Assembly: GCF_009914755.1 (NCBI RefSeq)
Contig: NC_060928.1
Direction: 5' to 3' (one strand)
Origin: the human T2T-CHM13v2.0 reference genome, Homo sapiens
DNA length: 64,000 nucleotides
Shown: positions 1 through 13,095 of the stretch, in pieces
Layout: every line of letters starts with the position of its first letter
Numbering within the stretch: the stretch's first letter is position 1
Made by a program: the position numbers and the translations under genes
Notes under the pieces: model-generated
What the model was told of the DNA's origin: nothing
Seen by the model: only the letters and a program-made list of their open reading frames with translations
The model's database searches: none

Positions 1-137
1 GAGTTCGAGACCAGCCTGAACAACATGGTGAAACTCCGTCTCTACTAAAAATACAAAAAAAATTGGCCAGACAAGGTGTTGCACGCCTGTAATCTCAGCT
101 ACTGGGGAGGCTGAGGCCAGAGAATCTCTTGAACCCA
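1..137 (+). mobile_element. AluS-type fragment, cut by the window edge and truncated in the right arm
   Basis: gagttcgagaccagcctg (B box), A-rich linker, right arm stops abruptly at ...cttgaaccca with no tail. Confidence 0.9.
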
Positions 138-192
138 TTTTCGAACAACGAAAACGTCAACATAAGATTTCATTTTGTGTATATATATATAC

Positions 193-330
193 TTTGAGAC
201 AGAATCTTCCTCTGTAACTCAGGATGGAGTACAGTGGCATGATCATGGCTCACTGCAGACTTGAACTCCTGGACTCAAGTGTTCCTTCCACCTTGGCCTC
301 CCAAAGTGCTGGGAGCCACCACACCAAGCC
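193..330 (-). mobile_element. Old Alu monomer (FRAM/FLAM/AluJ-like)
   Basis: tttgagacag...ggctcactgcag...ttggcctcccaaagtgctggga; single-monomer length. Confidence 0.8.
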
Positions 331-827
331 TGTTTAATTTTTAATTTAACCAAGTACAAAGGGAAAAGAGACACTGAATACAATAGTCAGCTGAACTGGT
401 ACATAATATGTCAAATATCAGATAAAACAATACTTACTTGTCCTGATGTTCATGAACCTCATTCTATAAAACATTTTTTCTTGGCCAGATGAAATCCAAA
501 ATATTAATTTTCTCCAGAAAACTTAGTGAAAGTAGCCACTACATGATTTTTCTTTTGAAACTAAAGTTTGTGGGGTTTTTTTGTAGCTACAGGAATATCA
601 CAACACTTGCTACTGTAAGTCTTACTAACACAAAAAAATGCAAATTCCCAATTGATCAAGGAAATTATTGAAGCTTGATGAGTGATAAGATAACAATGCA
701 AATGTTGTTGAGGTCAAACATGTTGGCAAGGAAAATATGTTGTATTAATTCACTGAGTAGTCAAAATAATCATAATTTTAGTAGTTACTCTTTAGAGAGT
801 TATCAACTAGGCAAAGTCCTGTACATG

Positions 828-1700
828 ATAATAGCTAACGTACATTGAATATTTATACTACTTGCCAGATTTGGTACTGAACACTTTTCTTCGTCGCAAT
901 GGTAGGCAAAATCCTACCTGATATCCATCACTGGTACCCATGCCTCAGATAATTCTCTCCATTTGCCTGTGGATGGAATACATAAATATGATGCTATGCC
1001 ACCACAATAATTAGGTTGCACTATAAGACAAAGGTAAGGGAATTTAGCAGATGTAATAAAGAATCCAAATTTATTGCTTAGGAGTTGATCAAAAGGGAGA
1101 ATTTTCTAGGTTAGCCTAACTTAGTCGGGTAAGGTAAATCTCATAAAAGAAGGACTAGATCATTTTTGAAGAGAGGAAATTGTTGGCCTTGAAGAATTAA
1201 ACTGTTGTACTGTGAAAGGTTGGGTGAGAGCATCCCCCTGCTGAGAGCCAGAAAGAAAACAGGGATGGCAGTCCGACAACCAGGAGGAGGTGAATTTTGC
1301 CAATAACTAGATGGCCTTGGAAAAGCACTGGAGCTCCAGGAAGATATATAACCTGGCCAATACTTACATTTCTGTAAGGCCCTAAACAGAGGACCCAGTT
1401 AGGCATGTTCAGACCCCTGACCTACAGAATTTGTGAGATAATGAATGGGTATTGTTTTAAGCTGCGAAATATGCAGAGATAATAAGAAACAATAGAAAAC
1501 TAGTATAACCATGTTATTTAATCCTTATGAAGGGTTGTGAAAATGAAATGTAGGAGGAAATATTAGTATCCATATCATATATATGAGCTCAAAGAGGTTA
1601 AGTAACTTGCCCCCAAAATATACTTCATTACTGATAGGTTCAGAATCAGTAGAGTTCAAAGTTAGACCCTCTGACTCTGGCATAACCAGGATTCTTAACA
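828..1700 (-). mobile_element. MIR split by an MLT1 LTR (pieces ~828-890 and ~1510-1700)
   Basis: ataatagctaacgtacattgaa... on the left; MIR core agaggttaagtaacttgccc on the right. Confidence 0.65.
899..1507 (+). mobile_element. MaLR solo LTR, MLT1E-like
   Basis: Start (a)tggtaggcaaaat, internal ggagttgatcaaaagggaga, end ttgttttaagc...aatagaaaactagtata. Confidence 0.75.
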
Positions 1701-4700
1701 ATTACACTGTAAGTTCTGCCTCTTCAGTTCTCTCAATGATCATATGAAATGGTATCAATATCCTTATTTTACAAAAGAAGATATTGCCCCTCAGGGACAT
1801 TAAATAACTTGTAAAAAAGCCACATAAGTACATGATAAAAAAAGAACTTAAACATAGGACAAATTTGCTTCAAACTTTATTCTCATAAAGAACACAGCAT
1901 ACATGTTCTTGAGATATTCACTTGGTTCAAAGGTGGGGTGAAGGCAATCTATGAAACCCTGCTTCTATACAGTTTAGGATTATATTTTCTACTCTGTGAT
2001 CAGCCACAAATTGCCCTTTGGACTCTCTGCTGTGTACAAAAGTTGATATTTCTACAAACCTCACTCTTTTTTAAACACTCAAATTTCTTTAACAAAGCAT
2101 GGATGCCAGTGGTAATCTAATAAATACACATATCAAGGTTAAAGATCAGAAAATAAATCTGACAAGAAAGCTATTGCTCTTGGAGCAGTATCCCAGGGAA
2201 TAAATAAAGCACCGTCATAATAATTTGATTGACTTCATGAATTGAGGTCCTTTTTTCATTTTATTTCACAACTTGGAATGCACACAAAAAACTTGAGAGC
2301 TACACTGATACATCAACAAGGAAATTCCTTTGATTTAAGGATCAATAAAAATCTTTAGGAAAAAATATAACCAAATAATAAAGCTTTCCATTTGGGGCTT
2401 TATAAGCCTATTTTTTTTTTTAAAAAAAATAACTATTGGATATTGTCAGTGTTAGACGAGTCATGCGATTGCATTGAAAGCTACAGTTCACAGGGCCACT
2501 GATGGCGATACACCACATCCTACTTTTTCTTAAGGCATTTTGTTTTCACTTCTTTCGTGTCATAATTAAAACTTAATAAAAAGGACTATGAAGGACATAG
2601 AGGTTATGTTGCTATTAAGTCTAAACAATGAAAATGTGAGAATGAAAATTCAAAGGAGAAATACAAATATAAAAAAGATGAGAAAAAACATAAAATTTGC
2701 TATATTTGGTTTTAAATTTATCATTAAGAATTGTAAAGTGTGAATGCCATGTATCTTTACTAAACTTTCCCAAATTCAGGGACAGATTATTAGACTTCCA
2801 GAAATCTAAATTGTGGTTAAATGTAGAACTACTCTGGAAATGAATTGTAGGCTTACCTGTATGATAAAGGGAGTATGTTCAACACTTAGTGCTTAAAATG
2901 ATGTGTAAATGGGAGAGGGAAGCAAAGCAAAAAATGTTTTAGATATATGGTGTGAAGAAAATAATTCTCTTAAAATAAGCTCTAAGTCCTTTTAAATTAA
3001 TGGACAGTGCATTTGCGAAAAAAAAAAACACACACACACACACAAAAACTACAGCTTAAACTTGTTATTTGCATTTCTTGCATTTCTGGCATCTGTATTT
3101 CATTAGAAGAGATATTTGATTTTATGATTTCTAATTCTTCTCAACAATCTCTGAAACGATTGCTCTCACACAAAAAGTCTAGGTTTGACACTATTTCTAA
3201 AGCATATATAATGTGATCAGCCTTTACAAATTTGCCTACAATACAGCATAAATCTTTTGGAAAAATAACTTTGTTCCATTTTCACCTTTGTAGGAAATTA
3301 AAGAAAACTACTTTGCCAAATAATTAATTACATACATTTAAAACAGCCTAGAAAAGTGACAACTTTTCCTACATAAATCTACTGGGAAGAAGTGCCATAA
3401 CACATTACATCTAAACAAAAACATCTAATGAGTTTTAATTCTTTAGATGTTAATTCTTGGAGGGTGACTATGTATACCCTCCAAGTGATCATTGTAATAA
3501 ATATTATCTGACAGTTTAAATTGAACCAACACGTCACTTTTTGTCTTAATAGAGCAAAATCTTCCTAGGTTGAGTACTTAATTTACTCTCAGCAGCGACA
3601 GGTGGGTGAGAAGCAATAGTCACCCACTAGTTGGGTATAGAAGGTAGCACAATCAGGGCTGCTTATAACCATTCAAATTAGATCTGAATCACGAAAGGAA
3701 CTGCTAATATAGACAAGTATAAACTTGGAAGGTTTCATGGCTTCAGCACGTCAGATAGGCATGGCAGGCATTTCTTAATTCCCTGACATTTCGAGGCAAT
3801 AGGTTTAAGGTGTTGATAATGTTAGCTTGCAGAGCACAAGAACTTGTAATGAAAAAAAAAAACACTCATTGCATGTGTGTACAAATAGGATTTGCTTTTA
3901 TTTTTCCAATAACTACATTTTAAGCATTGAAAAGGGCAAAGGGGATGCAACGAATTAGTAGAGAGAAAATCAGAAGTAAAATTATCCATTTTGTTTAGAC
4001 ACCAAGGGACTAGAATTAGACTAGAAGATTAGGCAAACAACCTGAGATCATTTCGATTGTATTATGGGTTTTAGTAAAAAAGAAATGTTCATAAGAAAGT
4101 CACTTTATTATGTGACTCATTTGCCCTTTGTAGAATCATTAGAATATTTACTTCCTGCTACATGATAAGGTGAAATTTGTTCATGCAAGCACTTAGTGGT
4201 AAACCTGGATTGAAAATACTTGTTAGGACAATAAAATGTTAGCAAAAGCAAGGTACCTCATTTCACTTGGCTTTCTCTGGCAATGTTCTACAACTCACAA
4301 GTGAATAAGGTCATAGTAAAATCATTTAGTGCATCGGTGCCATAAAAATTTCTAAGACATGCTCCAATTTCCAGAGGTTTCTAATTACTGAAAATCAGGG
4401 GAGGAAAATTAAATGTTGGAGAAGGTTGGTAATCATTTATTATAATAAATCAAGAGAGGGCAGTTGCCCAAGTTCTTGAGAAAATTTAAGATATATAAAA
4501 GGGAAAATGTGTAATTTTCTATGTCAATTCCCAGTTATTGACACTTGGAATTATGGGTTTTTCATAGCAAGGTAAAGATATTTTCTCTACCACTACAGCT
4601 CTTAGGAGAATAAATGATTCTTGGCACCCAAGTACAGTGGCAGAAAAATTAGGTAAAATGTGTTGATTTGCAAAAACAAAACTCTAGATAATGTACACAC

Positions 4701-5110
4701 AGAACACAGCATGTACTATTGAAGGGATATTAAAAAAGAGAAAGGCAAGTGTCAATCCTGAAGGTGTTTCCACCCTAAATATAGAGATACCCTATTTCAT
4801 CTAGGAGGCACAAAAATATATTGAACAAATTTTCACATTTAGCTTTATGTCCATTAAAAGATACTAGATGTAATTTTTAAGTCTTTTTCCATTTCAGTGG
4901 TGCCTAGAGATTTCTTTCATTTTATATCAACACTAATGTTGGCAGTTGAACATTGACTGCTATTTTGCATAATAACAACATAGGTAATCATAATATACAT
5001 CCTTTTCTATTGTTTACTAAATGGTAGTGGTATGCAAAGTGCTCAATATAAAAATCATTCTACAAATATTTATTAAACTTTTTTTGTTTAATAATAAAGT
5101 GAGGCAGGTA

Positions 5111-5690
5111 CATTCAACAAATACTTATTAAAACTCAGCTGTGCACTCCCACACACATGGGACACATCAATTAAAAAAAGACATAAATCTCTGCTCTTTT
5201 AATCTGACATTCTATCAAGGTCACAATCAATAGCTAATGAAAATAACAGGTAAATATGTATTATGCTATATTGAGTTCAATGATATGGAAAAAAGCATAG
5301 AGAAGAGTGTCAGGAGTATATATATATATATATATGTCTGTGGGAATGGGTGGATGCAATTTTAAATAGGGTAGTTTAAAATTTTAAATAAGCTTCATGG
5401 GAAAGACCACATTTGAACATTGACTTGAAGAAAAGGGGTTAGTCTTGCAGATATCTCAGGGCAGTATTGCTTCTAGGGGAGGGAGCAGCTTGTGTGAGCA
5501 TCCTAAGGCAAAAGTAGGCCTGGAATCCCAGGCCTAATGAGAATAGATCAGAATGAGTGAGGAGAAAAGCAGGAGGAGATAATAGAGGAGAATACATGCT
5601 CTGAAGTGAGGGTGGGGCGGGTAGTGCAGGCAGAATGTACAGGGCCTTGCGGAGAGATGTAAAGACTTGCCTTTAACCTTATAAAGCCCT
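5111..5690 (-). mobile_element. L2 3' fragment
   Basis: cattcaacaaatacttatt (reverse complement of the L2 3' end) followed by typical antisense L2 sequence. Confidence 0.7.
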
Positions 5691-5729
5691 CTATAAAGAA
5701 GGTATTCTAGTGGCCATTGTTATACAAAT

Positions 5730-5929
5730 CAGGATTTCTCAACATTGGTCCTGTTGACATTGTGGGCTGCATAATTCTGTTTTGCAGGACCATCCTTTTC
5801 ATTGTATGATCTTCAAAAAGCAGAGTTGACCTGTCCCTATTAAGATACCAGTAGTCATAAATAAAAATGACTCCAGACATGACTAAATGTACCCTGGATG
5901 GCAAAATTACCCCTGGCTGAGAACCACTG
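5730..5929 (-). mobile_element. MER20 (hAT-Charlie MITE)
   Basis: Termini caggatttctca / tgagaaccactg; 8-bp TSD atacaaat/atataaat. Confidence 0.85.
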
Positions 5930-6327
5930 ATATAAATAAAGCTACTCAGTCACAAACATTTTAACTAAGCCAGGGCCACACAGCTAGTACATAAACCTAA
6001 GTCGTGATGCCAGATGTTTAATGATAAAATACATTTTCTCCATTGCTTGCTTGTACCATTTATTTGTTTTTCTAGCTCATTTGAATCAAAGACAGTTTGA
6101 CTAGAGTTATAATGTTGTAAACTCTTGGAGCAGTTTTTAACAGCATCAAATAAAGTAAAAATTAGTTTTAAGTGGCAAGGCAGGTTTACTTTTAATGAAG
6201 GTCTGGAATTTAGCCAGAATATCAACTGTAAGGCAGTGTTCACAGCTCTGAGAGAAGCATAGATCACAATGGGATATGCTGACAGCTGTTACATGGTAAA
6301 CTGGAATGGAGTATGAATGATAGAGAA

Positions 6328-7052
6328 GTAGAACGATTAATTTTCCTTTGGGTATATACCCAGTAATGGGATTGCTGGGTCCATTGGTAGTTCTGAGTTT
6401 TTTGAGAAATCTCCAAACTGCTTTTCACAGTGGTTGAATTAATTTACATTCCCACCAACAGTGTATAAGCACTCCCTTTTCTCTGCAGCCTCACCAGAAT
6501 CTGTTATGTTTTGACTTTTTAATATTAGCCATTCTGACTGGTGTTAAGATGGTATCTCACTGTCGTTTTGATTTGCATTTCTCTGATGACTAGTGATGAT
6601 GACCATTTTTTCATACATTTGTTGGCTGCAATTCATCAATGGTGAATTGGATAAAGAAAATGTGGTACACATACACCATGGAATACTATGCATCCGTAAA
6701 AAAGAATGAAATCATATACTGTGGAGCAACATGAATGCAGCTGAAGGCCATTATCGTATGTGAATTAACTTGAGAACAGAAAAGTAAATGCCACATGTTC
6801 TCACTTAAAATTGGAGCTAAATACCGAGTACATATGGAAATACCGAGTACACATGGACATAAAGAAGGAAACAATAGACACTGGGGGTACTAGAGGCAGA
6901 GTACTGAAAAACTACCTGAGAGGTACTATGCTCACTACCTAGGTGACTGAATCATCCATATCCCAAGCCCCAGCATCACGCAATATACCCATGTGACACA
7001 CTTGCACGTGTACACTCTGAATCTAAAATGAAAGTTGAAATTACTTAAAAAA
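6328..7052 (+). mobile_element. 5'-truncated L1 (L1PA15/16-like) with inverted 5' segment
   Basis: 6328-~6630 antisense ORF2 end (gggtatatacccagtaatgggattgctgg); ~6632-7052 sense ORF2 end and 3'UTR ending aatctaaaatgaaagttgaaatt; internal 19-bp tandem duplication 6819-6856. Confidence 0.85.
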
Positions 7053-8298
7053 TTAGGATCTCTAACAAAAAGAGAGAAAGTACAGTTAGATATTTGAAAG
7101 CACAATTTCCAGTGAAGCAGCCGAGTTGTGGCTAGCTGGGAATCCATAATATATGACGAACTAAGCTGGCATCCTGCAATAGTAAAGGTATTTGTCCTTG
7201 GCTTGAGAAAAAATATAAGAAAAAAATGTTATAAGATGCTTCAAAATAGCAGAATAGGTATGGTCATAAGGAGAACAAAATAATTTTGTTCATATACTAT
7301 GGAAATTGTGGCAGTAAGCAGATATCTCTAAGAAAAATGTGTACATGTAATAAATATACTATATGCTAATACCTAAAATGCTTTTATGTTATTAGGGATA
7401 CGTGTGTAGGGAGAGATTATTTGACTAACATGTGCCTATTTTTCCCATTCAGCACATTGACTAATGCTCATTGTCTAAGCATGTTTATGCCTTCTTGTCC
7501 TCACATACAGTTTGTACCACATACAATCATAATTTAGAAGTATCTTAGTTTCATATTTCTTCTATTAATTTACCTTCTTGAGGAGAGCGGCAACAGAGGG
7601 CCTAGTGTACACAACACTGCAGTTTCTACAATAGCAACTTATGTATTAAATTACTTAAGTAAACACTGGTTTTGAACACATAAATTATTACCAAATATGT
7701 ATTTTATTAGTTTAGATAACAGATGAGATCCTTTCAAAACAATAGATATGTTGATTACCTCTCAATGACTATTAAGAGTCTAGCAAATTTAAGTTCGATT
7801 ACTTAGTAAGTTTATGTTAAAAAAATGTAAATCATTAAATCACTCATAAACACACATATAGCTTTGAGAATCTTGTGTCTTGACAAAAGAACAAAAGAAA
7901 GGATTCAGTCTAGTTTTCTTTGGAAAGCTTATTTATTATAATTCAACTTATAAAAGCAATGGATTCTTTTGAGTGGTTCCAAGTGATTTTCTCTTTTTCC
8001 CCAAAGTCTGTCTTCATCATTGAAGATGGAATGAGTTGTCCATAAGTGGAACTTTTTTCCCTGTAGGATTGTAATATATGAAATAATGTATTTTATTGTT
8101 AGTAATAGATATGTAATTCAAGAGAACATCTTAAAGTTTCATCATTCTCATTTACAACCCAAAAATTTACAAATTATCTACTAGATACAATATTAATTTG
8201 ACAAAAAAGAATGTGTCCTTTGTCTATTCTCCATCACCTCATATTCCAAAAGAGTACTGCAATTAATTTGATGTGTTTTAAATTTCAAATCGAATCAA

Positions 8299-8603
<305 letters not shown>

Positions 8604-9619
8604 TAACCAATTATTTTTAAAGATCTGTGAGAGATTTCATAGTATGAATGCACCATAAATCAATTACTTCCATAGATGAACTTTAGGGTTGTATCCTTGT
8701 GTATATGTTTGAGGTGACTTCATTGGGTGTGGCTTTAGAAGATAAGACGTCTTTTTTCCTACACATGTGTAATTTTGATTTTTAGAATGAATATCTTGTG
8801 TTAGAAAAAAACCCAATAACGTTTTTAAAGCTCTCATTAATTGTTTAAGCTGTATTATCAGTGTGAATACAAATGTCTCTTAATTTGCCTTCATTTAAAA
8901 AATTATAACTCCTATACTTTAGGCTAAATACCTCATTTGAGACAGGCATGTTTAAGATACTAGTGAATCATATTAGAGTTCTCATAAACACAATAATAGC
9001 ACATTTATAAGTTAGGCTTACATATTTAAGTAAGGTGAAGACTCAAATCAGATCTAGATTGTCAAACTTTAGTTATTTATTGCCTCCAAATGAAATTGAA
9101 AGTGCCATGTCTAAATTCCAGAGAGTAATGTGATTAAATAACTAATTTCAATTAATGAGTTCAGAAGAGGTATAATTCCTCTTGCTTCCATCCTTTTTAA
9201 GGTGGCCTGATCATTTTCTACTTTACATTACAACAAGTTGAAGCAGCTAATCTTATGGACTGCCATTTGTCTGCATTTCTTGTGACAGGAAGGAGGACAC
9301 TATCCTATGGTCATTATCAATGCCTCCTGGTCTTTTGAAATATCAAAGGTGTTGATCTGGGATGCTTCAATTCTGATTCTGGTATGCCTACCCGAGTGAC
9401 AAGCAAGGACAAGAGCTCAGAGAAAATATATTGAGGGAGAAAAGGGAATATAAGGTATTCAGACCGGAAAATAGAAAAAGGAATTAAGAGAGGCAAAAAA
9501 AAAAGTAACTGAATACCTTGTGGACACTATATATCACCCTCATTTTCATTTTGTGAAATTGGCAGGTACAATATATGCCTGCAGCAGCTGTATCTTTTCT
9601 TTTTTTTTTTTTTTCCCAG

Positions 9620-9660
9620 ACTCTTTCTGACAGCAGGATCTGCTCGACTCCCTGCTCAGA
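9620..9660 (+). other. Candidate 41-nt exon (UTR or lncRNA)
   Basis: Long polypyrimidine tract ending cccag, then donor AGA|GTAAGT at 9661. Confidence 0.45.
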
Positions 9661-9993
9661 GTAAGTAGCTGATAGGGCTGGGAAGTTGTGAAGCTAAGAT
9701 TGGGAAAGACACCTAGTATTGAATCTAAGGGACTGTTTCGATCCCCAAATATTGCTCTGTTTATCACGAACTTTGAAGATTCTTTTCTGTTCTTTTTGGC
9801 TAAAGTGTGAAAATATCCATTACTGACCTTCCTCACTTATATAGAAATCCTCAATCAGGCAGAGTTTTCAGAAGACTGAACACGATTCACGGTCACAAAA
9901 CAAAGAATTAGGGTGAGAACAGCAGGAAAAACATCAAGAGGAGCTAGCTTTTAAATGAGTAAAAAATGTTTATCGGATTATTTTCTCAGTCTC

Positions 9994-10364
9994 TGCTATA
10001 GACTTAATGTTCATGCCTCCCCTCCCCACAAATTCATGTGTTGAAATCTAATCCCCAGCATGAAAGTTTTAGGAAATGGGGCCTTTGAGATGTGATTAGA
10101 TGATGAAAGTGAAGCTTTTCTGAATGAAATTAGTGCCCTTATGAAAGAGGCCCCAGAGGGACTCCCTGCCCCTTACTTCATGTGAGGTTGTAGGGAGAAG
10201 ACAACTGTCTATGAACCAGGAAGGGGGACTTCACAGACACCAGTTCTGCCAGAGCTTTGATGTAGGACTTTCCAGCTTCCAGAAATGTGAGAAATAAATT
10301 ACTAATTTTTATACACCACCCATTCTATGGTAGTTTGTCATAGCAGCCCAAACAGTCTGAGACA
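9994..10364 (+). mobile_element. MaLR solo LTR, MLT1A0-like
   Basis: tgctatag...tgagaca termini; TSD gtctc/gtccc. Confidence 0.85.
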
Positions 10365-10698
10365 GTCCCCTTTAGTTTATCATTTTCTTGTCACATCTAC
10401 CATGGAATTACTATACACAGGTCTAGAAATGCATTTATATACAACACAATATATTATTTTGACTGAAAATTATAGTCACAACCAGAAATTATATGACTTT
10501 ACTTTTGATAGCTACCACAAATGTGATTTCTATTAAAAGAAAAAAAATTAGAGAATTGAAGTCTCTTTGGGGATGACTTGAATTTCAAATCAGGTCTAGG
10601 TTGTGATAAAGGAGACAAAATTAATATCCAATTAGTTGCTTCAGTTATCTCATTTTTATACTTAAAGATGTACTAATAACTAGCTCTTCTTTAAGAGT

Positions 10699-11083
10699 TG
10701 TCATAGATGAAATGCTGTCACCCCCACATGTATATGTTAAAGCCCTAACCCTCAATGTGATAACCTTCCGAGACACGGCCTATAAGGGGTAACTTTATTT
10801 GAAATGAGGTCATAAGGTTGGAGCCCTCATCCAACCCAACTTGTATTCTTACAAAAGAATAGAGACTAGAGCTCTGTCTCTTTCTGCCCAAGCAAAGAGA
10901 AAGGTATGTAAGAGCACTGTGAGAAGGTGGCTTTTACAAGCCAGGAAGAAAGCCCTCAGCAGAAATCAAATTTGCTGACACCTCAATCTTGCACCTTCAG
11001 CCTCCAAAACTGTGAGAAAATGTCTATTGTTTAAGTCATCTAGTCTGTGCTATTTTTAATGGCACCCCTAGCAGATTAATACT
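10699..11083 (+). mobile_element. MaLR solo LTR, MLT1A-like, next to a MIR remnant
   Basis: gttaaagccctaaccctcaatgtga, cagcctccaaaactgtgaga, end gcagattaatac. Confidence 0.8.
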
Positions 11084-11425
11084 GAGGGAAAAACAGTAAC
11101 CTGGAGCATAAGCTGTGATTAACATGGACATTTGTTTACATTTCAAATGGTTGTATAAAGGAAGGCTGGTGTTTTTAGTTCAGGTTTTGTGAGCTAGAGT
11201 AAGACCTTGTGCTTCTCTCAACTTGATTTCCTCTGCAATATAAAGAGTTTGAGTTCTATAATTTTTAAGTTCTTTTTACATGCAAAAGCTTATGAATTGA
11301 TCACTTATTTTAACTTTTTTCTTGTCTTTTGAACACGATTTTGCACAAAACAATAAACTTGAATTATAGAGCCAGTGGGATTTGCAATGTATAGAACAAA
11401 CTATTAAATTTGGTAACTTACCAAG

Positions 11426-11868
11426 TATATTCATTTCCTAGGGCAGCTGTAACAAATTACTGCAAACTTGATGTCTTAAAACCACAACAATATATTCTCT
11501 CATAGACCTGGAAACCAGAAGTCTACAATCCAAATTTAGGCACGATGGTCTAAAGGATCTAAAAGTATCTAAGGGAGAACCTTTTGCCTCTTCCAGATTC
11601 TGGTGGCTCTTGGCTTTCCTTGGTTGTGCCTGCGTCATTCTAATCTCTGCTTTCATTTTTAAATGGCCTTCTCTTGTGTATACGTCTCTATCATGTGCAT
11701 CCCATAAAAATATTTATCATTAGATTTAGCACATACCTGTATAATCCATATTGATATTATTTTAAGATTCTTAATGACATCTGCAAAGAACTCTTCCAAT
11801 TAAGGTCATATTTGCAAGTTATGGGATATGGACATATCTTTTGGGGGACTGCCATTCAATCTACTACA
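11426..11868 (-). mobile_element. MaLR solo LTR, MLT1C-like
   Basis: tatattcatttcctagggcagctgtaacaaattac...attcaatctactaca; perfect 5-bp TSD ccaag. Confidence 0.85.
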
Positions 11869-12537
11869 CCAAGGGAAAAAATTGTTAGAAAAAACTTCCT
11901 TATGTAAAAAGTTAGGTTAAAAAAACATTTATTTTCAATTCTCTAAGCCAACATTTTAAGTTACATTTCATTTTATTTAAACTTTTTTATTACTAGCTGG
12001 TAAACTGTTAAGGATTTTCCAAAAACATAACAACAAATTTAAAAAAATAAAATTTTAGGTAAATGAATTTCCAGTAGGATGGGTTTCCTAAAAGTATTGA
12101 AGGATGTATACGACATTAAAGGCAATTGAGATTTCTAAAAGTCAACATAGAAATTTTTGATATGGTATTTTTGTTCTAGTCTTACAGTTTGTCTATTTTC
12201 TAATTTGCATATAAAATATTTGAAGCTACAAATATACATCATCTTGCAATGGTAGTTTTCAGATTCAATTTTTCCCTTAATTCCTAGATAGCGAAAGACT
12301 GAGAGTTTGAAAACTTTCTCAAATAAGACCAGAGGGGCTCATTAGCTAGCTAGATTGAGCTGTTCTTTGTGCAACATTTGTTTGGGGAAAGATTGCTATA
12401 TGCAAAAACAAACAGACTGAGGGCTCAGGAAAATGTTATCAAAACACTAAATATTATGTTATCAAAACTCAGTTTCCTTTGTGTATATACAAATATTCAT
12501 TTTATTCTTAAATTCATATTAGTTGGAAAATAAAATA

Positions 12538-13054
12538 TAGTCATGAACCATATAATGATGTTTTGGTCAATGATGAACCACATATACTCTGACAGTCCTA
12601 TAAGATTATAATGGAGACGAAAAATTCCTATCATCTTGTGATGTCATAACCATTGTAACATCATAATCCAATGCATTATTCACATGTTTGTGGCTATTTT
12701 GATGTAAACAAGCTTACTTTATTGCCAGTCTTATAAAAGTATAGCACATATAATTATATACAGTGCATAATACTTGATAATTATAATAAGCAAATATGTT
12801 ACTGTTTTATATAATAACTATACTATGTTTTATATAATAACTATACTATGCCCTTTTTTCATTATTTTAGAGTGTTTTCTCTTCACTTACAAAAAAAAAA
12901 TATTAACCACAAAACAGCCTCAAGTAGGTCCTCCAGGAAATATTCCAGAATAAGGCATTGTTATCACAGGAGATGATAATTCCTTGTGTGTTACTGCCCC
13001 TGAAGACCTCCCAGTGGGACAAGATGTGGAGGTATATATCACTGTCTTCTTGAC

Positions 13055-13095
<41 letters not shown>

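Noticed and set aside
2850-2895. Possible minus-strand micro-exon ending CAG|GTAAGC
   Set aside because: Weak acceptor; such donors occur by chance at this scale
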